In this document: positions 52,434-64,000 of the stretch, piece after piece | How positions within the stretch are numbered: the first letter of the stretch is position 1 | How the letters are laid out: every line of letters begins with the position of its first letter | Assembly: GCA_963803975.1 (NCBI GenBank) | Contig: CAWDOY010000053.1 | Coordinates: 1-64,000, forward strand | Direction of reading: 5' to 3' | DNA: 64,000 nucleotides | Source of the DNA: an uncultured delta proteobacterium | GTDB taxonomy: Bacteria; Desulfobacterota; WTBG01; CAIYCZ01 | Notes under the pieces: generated by a model | Databases searched by the model: none | Told to the model about the DNA's origin: nothing | The model's input: only the letters and a program-made list of their open reading frames with translations | Made by a program: the position numbers and the translations under genes

Positions 52434-52644
52434 ATGCAGAAGAAATTGAGTGTTGAAGGAATGACCTGTGAACATTGTGTTAAGAGAGTTCAAAAGATTA
52501 TTGAAAAATTTCAAGGAGTATCTGATGTTCAGGTAATCCTTGAACAGAAGGAGGCGAGCTTTTTCCTGTGACCCGGCTCAGGCTGATGTGGCAGGGATTG
52601 TGAAAGCCATTAATGACTTCGGCTACAGCGCAGCAGAGAAATAA
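52434..52644 (+). CDS. copZ: CopZ-type copper chaperone (frameshift in T-run at about 52560; absent from ORF track)
   Basis: MQKKLSVEGMTCEHCVKRV...IVKAINDFGY. Confidence 0.85.
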
Positions 52645-52776
52645 GAAATCATTTACCGCAGAGCACGCCGAGAACGCGGATGAACGCAGATTATTAGCGA
52701 TTAGATAAAGCTTAACAATCTGCGAGTATCGGCGCAATCTGCGTCCTTGATAAAAAGTCAGTTAACTTACAACAAC

Positions 52777-55470
52777 ATGGAACGAACTGATATAATCCCC
52801 GTATTCGGCATGACCTGCGGCCACTGCGTGAAGGCAGTGAACATGGCGCTGCAAAATGTCAACGGTGTGCTGGCATTAGATGTTTCCCTTGAAGAGTCCA
52901 GGGCGCAGGTCACCTATGATGATGCGCTAACCAGTCTTGCATCTCTCAAATCAGCAATTATTGAAGAAGGCTACAGTGTCGAGCCTGCTGCTGAGGGTAA
53001 GCCCGAAGAAAGTGCAGCGCAGGAGCAGGCAGCACCGGAGATCGTCCCTCAATCAGTCACTTCAAACTTTTCCATCCAGGGAATGTCCTGCGTTAACTGC
53101 GCCCAGGCGATTGAGAAAGGCCTGAAGAAGTTCCCCGGCATTCTGCAGGCAACGGTTAATTTTCCACTGGAGCGCTTGACCGTCGAAAAAGATTCATCTC
53201 TTTCTGATGAAGAGGTCATTAAGAAGGTTGCAGATATCGGCTATGTCGCAGCGTCTTTAAAGGAGAGGGAGGGTGGCAAAATCACCTTCCGCATCGAGGG
53301 GATGAGCTGCGTTAACTGCGCCCAGTCCATTGAAAAGGCTTTTAAAGGGGCAGCGGGTATAAAAAGCGTTGCCATCAACTTCTCACTTGAAAAAGGTTTT
53401 GTTGAGTTTGACGAGGCGCTTACTGACCGGCAGAAGATACTTGAAATAGTAAAGGACGCGGGCTACAGCGCCATTGAAGCAGGTGAGGAGCAGAAGGCCT
53501 CAGGCATTGCGCGCAGGGAAAAGTTCCGCTTCTTTTTTGCCCTGGCGCTGACCGTTCCGCTGGTCGTGTTCATGTATCTCATGCCCTTCGGCCATGTCGG
53601 CACCAACTATGTAAATTTTGTTCTTGCCACCCTGGTGCAGTTTGTCTCCGGCATTACCTTCTACAGCGGCGCCTACCATTCGTTGAAGAACCGCTCCACC
53701 AACATGGATGTGCTCATCGCCCTGGGCATATCAGCGGCATACTTTTACAGCGTCTTCTCGCTTTTCTTCATCGACCCCCACGCCCACACCTTCTTTGACA
53801 GTTCTGCCATGCTCATCACCTTCATTCTGCTGGGCAAAATGCTTGAAGCCAGGGCAAAAGGCAAAACCAGCCAGGCTCTGCAGAAGCTGCTCTCGCTGCA
53901 GGCGGACCAGGCGCGCCTCATTGAAAACGGCAAAGAGCGCATGGTGGCGGCATCGTTAGTGAAGGTCGGGGATGTCGTGCTGGTGCGGCCCGGTGAAAAA
54001 ATACCGGTGGATGGCAAAATAATCGTAGGCGCGACTGCGGTGGACGAGTCCATGATTACCGGTGAATCCATTCCGGTGGAGAAGGCAGCAGGAGATGCGG
54101 TCACCGGCGCGACACTGAACACCTCCGGCGTCATCAGGGTGCGGACAACAAAGATCGGGAAAGACACGCTGCTGTCGCAAATCATAAAGATGGTGGAAGA
54201 CGCCCAGTCAGACAAGGCGCCCATCCAGCGCATTGCGGACACGGTATCAAATTACTTTGTCCCGTTTGTGGTGGCCGCGGCGCTCATCACGTTTGCGCTC
54301 TGGTACGCCGTGCTGACAATTCCGCCGCCGGAAGGGTTTTCACGATTTCTTTTTTCATTCCAGCTCATGATAGCGGTGCTGGTCATAGCCTGCCCGTGCG
54401 CGCTGGGACTGGCGACCCCCACGGCCATCATGGTGGGAAGCGGAGTGGGGCTGAAGCGGGGCATTCTGTTTAAGCGCGCTTCAGTGCTTGAGCGGATTTC
54501 AAAGCTTGATGTTATTCTGTTCGACAAGACCGGCACCATTACCGCCGGCAGGCCGGAAGTGGTCGGCATACATCCCTGCAGCAGCTTATAATGTTCAGGA
54601 CGTGCTCGGCATAGCTGCCGGCGCGGCGGCCAATTCATCACACCCGCTGGCCCAGGCCATTGTCAGGAAGGCGCAGCAGAAACGGCATTGCCGGGGAACA
54701 GGTAACCGACGTCCGGGAGATGAGCGGTAAGGGCATTCTCTGCAGCTGGAACGGAAAACAGCTCAAGGTCGGCAGCAGCAGGTTCATTGCCGGGGAAAAA
54801 GAGCTTCCGCCGGACGTGCGGCGGCTGCGGGAGCAGATTGATGAGGGCGGCAGGACAACGGTATATGTTTCCCTTGATGACACGGTGCTGTGCATTTTTG
54901 CCCTGTCGGATGTTGTCAAGCAGGACTCCCGCGCGGCTGTCCAGGCGCTCCATAAGCTCGGCATTAAAACCGCGCTCATCTCCGGTGATAATAAGAAAGT
55001 CGCCCATGACTGTTGCCCGGGAGGTGGGCATTGACGAGGTTGAAGCAGAGGTGCTGCCTGCGGATAAGATCACGGTTGTTAAAAAATGGCAGCAGAAGGG
55101 TTTCAAAGTCGGCATGGTGGGCGATGGCATTAACGATGCCCCGGCACTGGCGCAGGCTGACGTGGGCATTGCCATCGGCTCCGGCACTGATGTGGCAAAG
55201 GAGACCGGAGACGTGATCCTGGTAAAGAACAGCCTGATGGATGTGGAGCGCTCCATCCGCCTGGGCAGAAAAACGCTTGAGACCATTAAACAGAATTTTT
55301 TCTGGGCGTTTTTCTATAACGTCCTGATGATACCCATAGCGGCAGGCATTCTCTATCCGGTGAACGGGATCACCCTCAAGCCCGAGTGGGCGTGCGTGGC
55401 CATGTGGTTTTCCTCCATTACCGTGGTGAGCAATTCGCTGATGCTGAAGAGGTATGAGAAGAAATTGTAG
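52777..55470 (+). CDS. copA: Cu(I)-translocating P1B-1 ATPase with three HMA domains (frameshifted)
   Basis: GMTCGHC, GMSCVNC x2, TGES, CPC, DKTGT, HP, GDGIND, YN and MWFSS TM motifs. Confidence 0.95.
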
Positions 55471-55593
55471 AAGGTCAAAAGGTCAAGAGGCAAAGAGGGA
55501 ATAAGGCGAAGTGAATTGTGAATCGTTCAAACAGTACTCTTGAACCCTTGAACCCTGTAGTTCAATCCTCAAACCCTACAGAAGGAGTTAATT

Positions 55594-56495
55594 ATGAAAT
55601 GGGAAGAAGATGCACGGCAGGTGGTGGATGCAATTCCGGTCCATGATATTATCAAGAACATGATTATCCTCTGGGCTGAGCGGTGCGCGCGCAAGGATAA
55701 GCGGAATGTAGTGACACCGAGGACATGATCAAGACGCGGGATGATTATTTTGAATGGTTCGGAGAGGCAAAGATAGCAAAAATTCAGCAGGCGCGGGATT
55801 CGGGGCAAACAGATACTGACCTTGACCCGGAGATTGCGCTCAATAAAGACCCCGCCCTCTATAAAATCGAGCTCTGCCATTCGCGGTTCTTCGGCTGCGA
55901 CCGGGACGTGATAAATGTGAGGGCACTGGGCCCCAAGATCAAGCAGAAACTGGAAGAGCTGAAGATCACCGAGATACTGGCGGACAAGGCATTTGAAGTG
56001 CTCATGCCGCACAGCGTTTTCACCGTATCCATATCAGGCTGCGGCAACATCTGCACCGGAGCCGAGTCCAAGGACATCGGCATCCACGGCGCCGCCAGGC
56101 CCAAAGTCACCGACAAGGAGTGCATTCAGTGTAAAAAGTGCGCTCATGCCTGCCTGGACCGGATTATTAGTTTTGAAGACGGCAGGCCCGTCATCAACGA
56201 AGACATCTGCAGGCTCTGCGGCAACTGCATCCAGGTCTGCCCCACCGGCGCTATCGCGTTTGACAAAAAGGGCTGCAGGATCATGGCCGGCGGCACCTTC
56301 GGCCGCTTCGCGAAATACGGGACCGAGCTTTTCCGGTTAACGGATACTGATATGATCTATCCGATACTGGAAGCGTCGGTCAATCTCATAAAGGATGAGC
56401 TGAGCGAAACCTACGAAGACAACTTCAGCCTGCTCATGCGGCGCACGGGCATTTCACCAATCTTTGAGCATCTGGCACGGGTAGGAAAGATATAA
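55594..56495 (+). CDS. Nitrite/sulfite-reductase-4Fe4S-like domain + 2[4Fe-4S] ferredoxin protein with PCP-reductase-like N-terminus (frameshift at about 55720)
   Basis: MKWEEDARQVVDAIP; SISGCGNIC..KDIGIHG; CIQCKKC..C, CRLCGNC..CP; GGTFGR. Confidence 0.75.
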
Positions 56496-56570
56496 GAGTA
56501 AGGCACCCGCCTTCGCTTGCGCTACTGCGCGGCCAGGCACAAAGGCACAGAGGCAAAAAGGAAAACTACA

Positions 56571-56966
56571 ATGGATAAACCCGTTGACGGGTTCTATTTC
56601 ATGTTTGAGATCGGCTGGTTTCTTGACCTGCTGATTCCAACGCTGGTGCGGGTTAAAGACGGCAGCCTGTATCTTGTGGGCAGCAAGCCCTGCAATATAA
56701 AGGATTTAAAACCCTGCTGCATCCCCTGCGGCGGGGCAGAGGAATGTAAAAAGCTTTCCTTTGATGACGCGGCGCTGAAAGCGTTCAGGAGTGCTGATTC
56801 ATTGCGACGCTGTTCACGCGGACAGATGACCTGGCTGAAGAACTGCAGAGAGCCCTCGATGAATCAGGAAATCCGTGACCGCTATTTTAACACCAAGGGA
56901 AAACTGCGGAAGGAAGCGACCCTGGAAAGAATTATAAACGATTACCAGGTGCTCTCAAAGATATAA
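56571..56966 (+). CDS. Hypothetical Cys-containing protein
   Basis: Open frame with AAGGA RBS; PC..PCCIPC..C. Confidence 0.55.
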   Translation: MDKPVDGFYFMFEIGWFLDLLIPTLVRVKDGSLYLVGSKPCNIKDLKPCCIPCGGAEECKKLSFDDAALKAFRSADSLRRCSRGQMTWLKNCREPSMNQEIRDRYFNTKGKLRKEATLERIINDYQVLSKI

Positions 56967-57088
56967 TCCCGAATATATTTATTAAAGGCCAATTTCCGAT
57001 TTGGCCTATCTTTATGCGCATGAAAATTAAATAAAAAAAGCCAGTTTTTCTCCGGCGCCAACTCATTTCTATTTATAAAAAGATTTTT

Positions 57089-57262
57089 TTAATTCTTATA
57101 CACTTTGGGAACATCATCTGTTGCCATGAGAAAATAAGCGTCTTTAATGTTATCTTCCAATTCTTTCAGAGTTTCTCCCTGGGTCATAATTTCAGGATGT
57201 TCCAAAAGTTTTCCCAGCCAGAATTTCTCACTTTTCCAATAGATTAAAGTCATTTTTGTCAT
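57089..57262 (-). CDS. HicB-family antitoxin (short form; absent from ORF track)
   Basis: AGGAGG RBS; MTKMTLIYWKSEKFWLGKLLEHPEIMTQGETLKELEDNIKDAY. Confidence 0.75.
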   Translation of the reverse strand: MTKMTLIYWKSEKFWLGKLLEHPEIMTQGETLKELEDNIKDAYFLMATDDVPKVYKN

Positions 57263-57424
57263 GTTAAATGACCTCCTGGATTACGGGATGGATTCCATGA
57301 GTTTTTTACTGCATGATAAATATTATCATATTATACAACAAAATTATTAAAAAAAATATACATCCTCAACCAGGGAAACTATGACAGTGTCATTTATTAC
57401 GCATGTGCTGGAACTATGAACCAG

Positions 57425-57467
57425 GATTGCCGCGTCGTCCCGATACATTGTGACTCCTGGCAATGAC
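57425..57467. repeat. REP-like extragenic palindrome (GATTGCCGCGTCG...CTCCTGGCAATGAC)
   Basis: Resembles the widespread GTCATTGCGAG-type REP on the reverse strand; lies at a gene 3' end. Confidence 0.5.
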
Positions 57468-57469
57468 CG

Positions 57470-58967
57470 CTAAGCAGTTTTAGCCCCTGCTGTAGAACGC
57501 TTGCTTCTGAGACTGCTCCACATAACAATATTCCCCGCAGTCATCACCACAAACGCCAGGTCCACTGGAAAGCGGAAGCGGTTGTTCTCGCCGAACTCGA
57601 TGATCGATGAGACGGTGATGGTGTAGGCGTGAATGATGAGGCAGAAGATGCAGAGGGTCATTAGGGCCGGTGATATGCGCTCATCTTTTCTTGAAAGCAA
57701 GGATGATGGTGCTGAGATAGACAATTGCAAATAAAATACTGATAACGATAGTCCTTCCCCACATTCTTGCATCAAGCTTGCTTTCAACCCCCATAAACCC
57801 GAAGTGCAGAAAGCGGTATACGGACTCCAGCTTTTTCAGCACCTCCATGTTATTCTCGAAAAGCCCGTGGACTGAATCAGAAGAGTGCCAGAGCGTGAGG
57901 CTGTAGGAGCCCAGGGTGTAAAATAAAAACTGGGACGGCTCGTACCGTATCAGTGCAAGCGCGTCCCGCATGAGCTGCTGTGAAACAATGATATAGCCGC
58001 TGTGATTAAAGTTCGGGTAGCCGGTGCTTTTGTTTGAACTGCAGTCCGCGGGACAATGGCAGGGTATATTCTTCAACGCGGCAGCATTAAAGTAGTGCGT
58101 TATGGGCTGGAACGCCCTCAGTTCCGCCTTGATCGCTGTTGTGCTTACTATCCCTCTCGCGTGCAGCTCTTCAAGCTGCTCCGGGACAAAAGTGTTTACT
58201 TTTGTCCAGAGGTTCATCCCTTCCCATGATGAGGTCCCGAAAAAACCGAACACCGAGGCGTTCTTTGAACACAGAAGCATTAACGGTATCACCACAACTA
58301 ATGCAGGAGCGAAGAAATGTTTCGGCAAGGGGTTTTGCCGCGGCCCTGCGCCACAGATACCAGGTGATGACAGCTCCGGTGAGGAGAAAGAAGACCGGGT
58401 GAAACACGGAGCGGGTCAGCCCCAGGCAGAGAAGAAATGTCCAGAACAGGGCGAGTCTGGAGGTTTTTTTTTCAAGTCCCCAGCGGGCGAGGAAAAACAG
58501 CGCCAGGGCAATATAAAAGGTTTCAATGTAGGAGTAATATAAAAGGTTCTCATAAAGGATGAGCGTTGGATTGAGCATGAAGACAATAGTTATCAGCAGG
58601 GCTGTACGGCGCTTCACCCCGATGGCGGAGAGCGTTCCGTAGCATGCCAGGGGAATAAGCGCCCCGGCGGTTTTAAAAAGAATCGAGTATGACAGGGCGG
58701 GGACCGGGGACAGCTTCAGCACCAGGCCGAGCATGAGGTTGAACAGAGGCGGCTGGGAGTGAAGATAAAACAGGCTTTGCAGGAGATCGGTTTTAAGCAG
58801 CGCGGGGTCCAGGTACTGCATGGCAAAGGCCAGGGGCGTGGCGACAAACGCACCGCCCTGGAGATAGAAAACAAGACGTGAGAGTATAAAGACCGCGAGT
58901 ATGATAATCCCTCCGGCATTTTCGCGCAGCGCGGGGTATTTTGCGAGGGCCTTGCGGCATCAATCAT
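57470..58967 (-). CDS. Polytopic membrane protein, GT-C/PMT-like (several frameshifts)
   Basis: QYLD..LL..SLFYLHSQPPLFN; multiple TM segments; GENNRFRFP. Confidence 0.6.
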
Positions 58968-59067
58968 GTGCGACTCCTGTAAGCACTGTGACTGACTGGT
59001 AATCTATCAGGTAACCGGAAACAGTACAAATTATATTTTCTGCGCCGGCAGAATGATGACAGAGTTA

Positions 59068-59116
59068 TTGACACCGGGGCGCCGCTGGCATATACTTCAA
59101 TAAAATGACCGGTCAT
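59068..59116 (+). promoter_or_regulatory. Sigma70 promoter plus palindromic operator
   Basis: TTGACA(59068)-17 bp-TATACT(59091); perfect palindrome ATGACCGGTCAT at 59105-59116. Confidence 0.7.
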
Positions 59117-59264
59117 ATGAACCCCGAGTAAGCGGGGTCAAGATGCATGTCGAAAGATAATTAGCTCGGTAAGCCCCCTTGGCGGAGCGTTCCTTTGTCT
59201 TATTGAAGTCTAGCAGACTGCAGATGACTATTGCCGGGTTAACCATTTTTTCACGGAGGATACC

Positions 59265-59745
59265 ATGGAAAAAGTTGTCGGGAAAGAGTTTCCACTGGAA
59301 AAGCAGCGCGACATGCTGGAAGAGATGAATGCATTAAAGCTGCCGCTGCTCTATCAGAATCTTGTCGCCGCGTACGGCGAAGAGAAGGGCAGAGCTGTTT
59401 ATGATGACATTTTTGAGGTGGGTTTCAAGAAGCGGACCAAGATGTTTGAGGGCAAAGACATCGGCGACATCATGATGTATGAGATCGATATGTTTCCCGC
59501 CACCGGCTGGAAGATATGGATTGAAAAGACGGAAGAGAACGGCGAGCCGGTCTGGTATGAGCACCTGGAGCGCTGCCCGCATCTTGATGCCACCAGGAAG
59601 CGCAAGCTGCCTGATCCCTGTGCCATCATCTGCGAAATGGACTGCCGCCTGGGAGAGCAGTACAAGGTGGCAAAGTGGCAGCGGATGAAGCATCATGCCG
59701 GCAGGAGACAAAGAGTGCTGCTTTAGAATCACCCGTTGCAAATAA
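59265..59745 (+). CDS. L-2-amino-thiazoline-4-carboxylate hydrolase-like family protein (frameshift near end)
   Basis: YGEEKG; RCPH..PCAIICEMD..ECCFRI Cys pattern. Confidence 0.6.
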
Positions 59746-59915
59746 AAGCAGGACGCAGTATATATAAAGGCAGGAGTCGGGGAAATAACGGCTCCTGCTT
59801 TTTATTGTTATGAACAAAAGAGCCACAGGGGTCCCAAAGAAAAGGCAAGCTGACGGCTTTTTGCTTTTAAAATTTATTTTCTCTGCATCCTCGTGGTTGA
59901 ACTGAAAGGATTACT

Positions 59916-60660
59916 ATGAAAAAATATCTTTACTCCTTGCTGGCGCTCCTTTTTTTATTGTCCGGCGGCATGGCTGCGAAGGCCCTGGCCTATACGGTTG
60001 TCACGCCGCAGCAGGCACAGCAGATGATCGAAACCAATAGCGCGCTGACCGTTGTTGATGTCAGAGAAGTTAATGAATACTGCGGCGCGAACGGCCACAT
60101 CGCCGGGGCGCTCAATTATCCCCTGGATTTCAGAGGTGCTGGAGCAAGGATTATGCAGGAACTGCCTGCGGACGCTGAAATCCTTGTGGTCTGCCAGAGC
60201 GGACATCGCAGCGTCACTGGCTGCGGAGTTTCTTGATTCCAAGAGTTTTCTTCATGTGTATTCCATGGAGGGAGGCATGTCTGCCTGGCAGTGGGATACC
60301 GTAACCTGTGTTGACAGGGACGGAGATGGCATCAATGATGACCGGGACAATTGCCCGACCGTGTCCAATCCTGACCAGAAGGACACTGACCAGGACGGTG
60401 TCGGGGATGCCTGCGAGGAAAAGAACCTGTGCCCCGCTGAGGCAGTCTATGGGGAAAATTCAGAGGAGGTTCTGCTGCTCAGGGATTTCCGTGACAGCGT
60501 GCTGCACCAAACAGCAGAAGGCAGGAAGGCAATTACCCTGTATTACGCCTTAAGCCCGGTGCTGGTGAACATGATGACGCAGGATGATGGATTCAAAGGC
60601 CGGCTGCGCGCGGCAATTGACAGGGTTTTGCCGGAGCTTAAAGAAAAAATGCGCAGATAG
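59916..60660 (+). CDS. Secreted rhodanese + thrombospondin type 3 repeat + CFI-box-CTERM-like protein (frameshifted)
   Basis: [81 protein letters not shown]. Confidence 0.8.
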
Positions 60661-60790
60661 AGATAGTTGTTGACAAACAGATTTTCATGGACTACCTTTA
60701 TGAAATATAAAAACCAGGGTGCCATTTTATTAGCTTAAATGGCAAAACTCGTTAAACAAAAACTTTATTTAATCAGGGAAGGGGGCAGTT

Positions 60791-61192
60791 ATGAACAAAA
60801 AATGTTTAGCACTGATCATCGGAGTTATCATTGCGCTCAGTTTTACCGGTTTCTCGATTGCCGAAGAAAAAGAGAATCAGCAAGCGGAGAAAATATCAAA
60901 AGCCCAGGAAGGCCTTAAGACCCTGGGGTATTACAAGGGTGACGTGACCGGTAAAATGGACAAGGATACCCGGGATGCCATCAAGGAGTTCCAGAAAAAA
61001 GAAGAAGACATGAAAATGCCGGCTGGCATGCTGACTGATAAAACTTGCAGTGCCATTGATGAGAAAGCAGAAAAAAAGATGAAGAAGGATGAAGACAAGG
61101 GAAAGAACCCGATGGATAAGATGGATGAAGGAAAAGGGAAAGTGCAGGAGGGAATGGACAAGATGAAGGGCGCGACTGACGTAGTGAAATAA
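60791..61192 (+). CDS. Secreted peptidoglycan-binding-domain protein
   Basis: AQEGLKTLGYYKGDVTGKMDKDTRDAIKEFQ. Confidence 0.8.
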   Translation: MNKKCLALIIGVIIALSFTGFSIAEEKENQQAEKISKAQEGLKTLGYYKGDVTGKMDKDTRDAIKEFQKKEEDMKMPAGMLTDKTCSAIDEKAEKKMKKDEDKGKNPMDKMDEGKGKVQEGMDKMKGATDVVK

Positions 61193-61252
61193 GGGGAAAC
61201 GCATAACGTATTGAGAAGGTATCATTAAAAGCAGAATCAGAGGAGGCGTATC

Positions 61253-61938
61253 ATGAAACAGGTTGTAGTGGTGTTACTTATTGCGGCTCTTATCTTGCCC
61301 GGCTGTGCAGCCATGCAGGAGAATCAAAAAAACCACCATCGGTGCCGGGGCGGGCGCGGTACTCGGTGCCGGGGTCGGCTATGCGATTGGCGGGGGCAAG
61401 GGCGCTGCGATAGGCGCAGTAGTAGGCGGCCTTGCAGGCGGGGTCATCGGGCATTACATGGACAAGCAGGAGCGTGAATTCAAGCAGGCACTCGCTGAGT
61501 CACAGGCACGGGAGCAGGCGGCAATCATGCAGGGTGTGCAGGCGGGAAAAGGACGCGCTTATCCTCACCTTTAAATCAGATGTGATGTTTGACACCAACT
61601 CATCCGTTATCAAGCCCGCAGCCTACGCTTCAGGGGAAATTGACCGCGTGGCGCAAATTCTCAATAGATACCCTGACACCACCATAAGGGTAGTAGGATA
61701 TACTGACAGCACGGGAGCAGAATCCTATAATCAGCAGTTATCAGAGCAGCGGGCCAATTCGGTAAAGAACGCCCTGGTTGTTAAAAACGTACAAACTGCC
61801 CGTATCTCTGCTCTTGGCATGGGAGAGTCCAACCCGATTGCAGACAACGCAACCGAAGGCGGACGCCAGCTTAACCGTCGCGTTAACATAATCATTGAGC
61901 CTACGCAGCAGGCGGGACAGAATCAGCCGCAGGGTTAA
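61253..61938 (+). CDS. OmpA-family lipoprotein with glycine zipper (YiaD-like; frameshifted)
   Basis: Lipobox LPGC; GAGAGAVLGAG; GYTDSTG..YNQQLSEQRA; NRRV. Confidence 0.9.
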
Positions 61939-62024
61939 TAGCAGTCAGTTTTAAAAAATACGGTAATTTTATGAAGGCAGAGCTGCGATAGGCTCTGCCT
62001 TCTCTATTTAAAGGACTATATATT

Positions 62025-62825
62025 ATGAAAAGAAGTCTGCTCTTATTGTTGTGCTCGCTTTTTTTCATTGTTTCCTGCGAGACGGTTCCGATCACCGGCC
62101 GGAGCCAGCTCAGCCTGGTGTCATCCCAGGAGCTCAGTACCATGAGCTTTGAGGCCTACCGGGATTTTCTGTCCAAGCACCAGGTTGTCAGAAACACGCC
62201 GGCAGCCTTAATGGTGCAGCGGGTCGGGAGGAAATATCCAGCGGGCGGTGGGACTTTTTTTTGCCCGGCAGCAGATGTCTTCCCGTCTCAGCGGTTATGC
62301 CTGGGAATTTAACCTGGTGCAGGACAAGGCCAAAAATGCCTGGTGCATGCCCGGCGGCAAGGTATGCGTCTATACCGGCATCCTGCCCGTGACGCGGGAT
62401 GAAAGCGGCCTGGCAGTGGTCATGGGACATGAGATTGCTCATGCCGTGGCCAACCATTCCAGCGAGCGCATGAGCCAGCAGCTGCTGGTGCAGATGGGAG
62501 GCGCGGCGCTCTCTACCGCAATGGCCCAGAGTCCGGGGCAGACGCAGGACCTGTTTCTGATCTTTTCGGCGTCGGATCGCAGGTTGGACTACTGCTCCCC
62601 TACAGCCGCGTTCAGGAATCAGAAGCTGACCGCCTGGGCCTCATATTTATGGCCATGGCAGGGTATGACCCGCGCGTGGCCCTCGGGTTCTGGCAGCGCA
62701 TGGCTGCTTCACAGCAGGGCCAGGCACCGTCCGAATTCCTGAGCACCCATCCTTCGGATGTAACCAGGATTAATAATCTGAAAGTTTATATACCGGAAGC
62801 GCTGAAGTATTACCTGAAGCGATAG
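62025..62825 (+). CDS. M48 family Zn metallopeptidase lipoprotein (frameshifted)
   Basis: SCETVPITGRSQL, NAWCMPGGK, GHEIAHA, EFLSTHPS. Confidence 0.9.
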
Positions 62826-62860
62826 TACCCGCTTTATTTCATGCCGGAGTCTTAAACGAT

Positions 62861-63985
62861 ATGTTTAAAAAGGTTCTCATCCTGTCAGCATCTGCCGGTG
62901 CCGGGCATACCCGTGCAGCCCAGGCGCTGGAGCGGGCATTCATGGAAATGGGCGCAGCTGAAGAAGTGAAGCATGTTGACGCGCTCGAATATACGACCAA
63001 AATATTTAAGACCATCGCCTCAAAAGCCTACATCGATCTGGTCAATAAGGCCCCGCACATGCTCGGCTGGTTCTACGACGTGATGGACAAGCCGTGGAAG
63101 AATGAGCGCCTCATGCAGGCAATTGACATGCTCAATACGCAGCCGCTGGTGCGACTGATAAATAAATACCAGCCGGACCTCGCGGTCTGCACCCACTTTA
63201 CCCCCGCTGACATGATCTCCTGGCTCAAGGAGAAAAAGACGCTTACCTGTCCCCTTGCCATTGTGGTGACGGACTTTGATATCCATGCCAACTGGCTGTG
63301 CCGTTATTGTGACCGCTATTTTGTCGCGCTGGATGAGACCGGGGTGCATCTGGAAAAACTGGGCATCCCCGCTGACAGAATAACCGTCTCGGGAATTCCC
63401 GTTGACCCGGTATTCGCCCGGCGTAAGGATAAGGCAGCAATGCGTCTTAAACATGGTCTCAGGCAGGACATAACTACCATACTCGTATCAGCAGGCGGCT
63501 TCGGCGTGGGTCCGGTAGAAAACCTGATTACCGCGCTGCTGGACCTGCAGCACGAGGCGCAGATAGTTGCGGTCTGCGGCAAAAGCGAAGAATTAAAACG
63601 AAAGCTTGAGAACCTTGCTGAACGCGTTCCCGCAGGCCATCGGGTGACCGTGCGCGTGGTCGGCTACACCACGGATATGGATGAATACATGGCAGCCGCT
63701 GACATGCTGGTGGGAAAAACCGGAGGACTGACCACATCTGAAGCGCTGGCGCGGGACCTCATCATGGTGGTGGTGAATCCAATTCCGGGGCAGGAGGAGC
63801 GCAATGCCGATCACCTGCTTGAGGAGGGTGCGGCGCTGCGGTGCAACAACCTGCCGGCAATTGCTTTCAAGATCGACCGGCTGCTTGATGACCCGGCGCG
63901 CATGGCTGCCATGAAGAAAGAATATCCAGCCGTATTGCCCGCCCCCGCGCAGCCTATGATATTGTCTCCACACTGCTGCAGCTGA
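62861..63985 (+). CDS. MGDG synthase/UgtP-like glycosyltransferase (true end may lie at or beyond the window edge)
   Basis: SASAGAGHTRAA, VVTDFD.H..W, SGIPV, KTGGLTTSE, PGQEERNA. Confidence 0.9.
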   Translation: MFKKVLILSASAGAGHTRAAQALERAFMEMGAAEEVKHVDALEYTTKIFKTIASKAYIDLVNKAPHMLGWFYDVMDKPWKNERLMQAIDMLNTQPLVRLINKYQPDLAVCTHFTPADMISWLKEKKTLTCPLAIVVTDFDIHANWLCRYCDRYFVALDETGVHLEKLGIPADRITVSGIPVDPVFARRKDKAAMRLKHGLRQDITTILVSAGGFGVGPVENLITALLDLQHEAQIVAVCGKSEELKRKLENLAERVPAGHRVTVRVVGYTTDMDEYMAAADMLVGKTGGLTTSEALARDLIMVVVNPIPGQEERNADHLLEEGAALRCNNLPAIAFKIDRLLDDPARMAAMKKEYPAVLPAPAQPMILSPHCCS

Positions 63986-64000
63986 AATCAGCGGCGCAGC

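Noticed and set aside
1676..62825. Widespread pseudogenisation or programmed frameshifting
   Set aside because: Single-base shifts hit normally essential genes (glyQ, msbA) and often lie in homopolymers, without accompanying decay; most consistent with long-read indel errors

Overview
Bacterial window, probably Desulfobacterota (deltaproteobacterial) judging from gene content. Many genes carry single-base frameshifts, including normally essential ones (glyQ, msbA), which points to long-read indel errors rather than real pseudogenes. Main content, in order: a zinc-ribbon/PTS-EIIA fusion, a 219-bp MITE with a 10-bp target duplication, a ParB-like/SplB pair, and msbA with two kinases. Next are System II cytochrome c maturation genes, a tetraheme cytochrome, and the standout locus (15.0-22.2 kb) of three secreted cohesin-domain proteins: a 28-CxxCH 'beads-on-a-string' cytochrome, a heme-free cohesin protein, and a cohesin+dockerin-like ~10-heme cytochrome. 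These are divergent from a PhnD/AioX-like binding protein, histidine kinase and NarL-type regulator, and I infer a cellulosome-like extracellular electron-transfer assembly. The rest holds housekeeping genes (aroK, aroE, khpA, ppdK, glyQS, recO), a c-di-GMP-I riboswitch ahead of an M64 peptidase, a CsoR-operator copper island (CusCBA, CopZ, CopA) with several uncharacterised Cys/His/Met-rich proteins, and envelope genes. All calls come from motif recognition by eye; no database searches were run.
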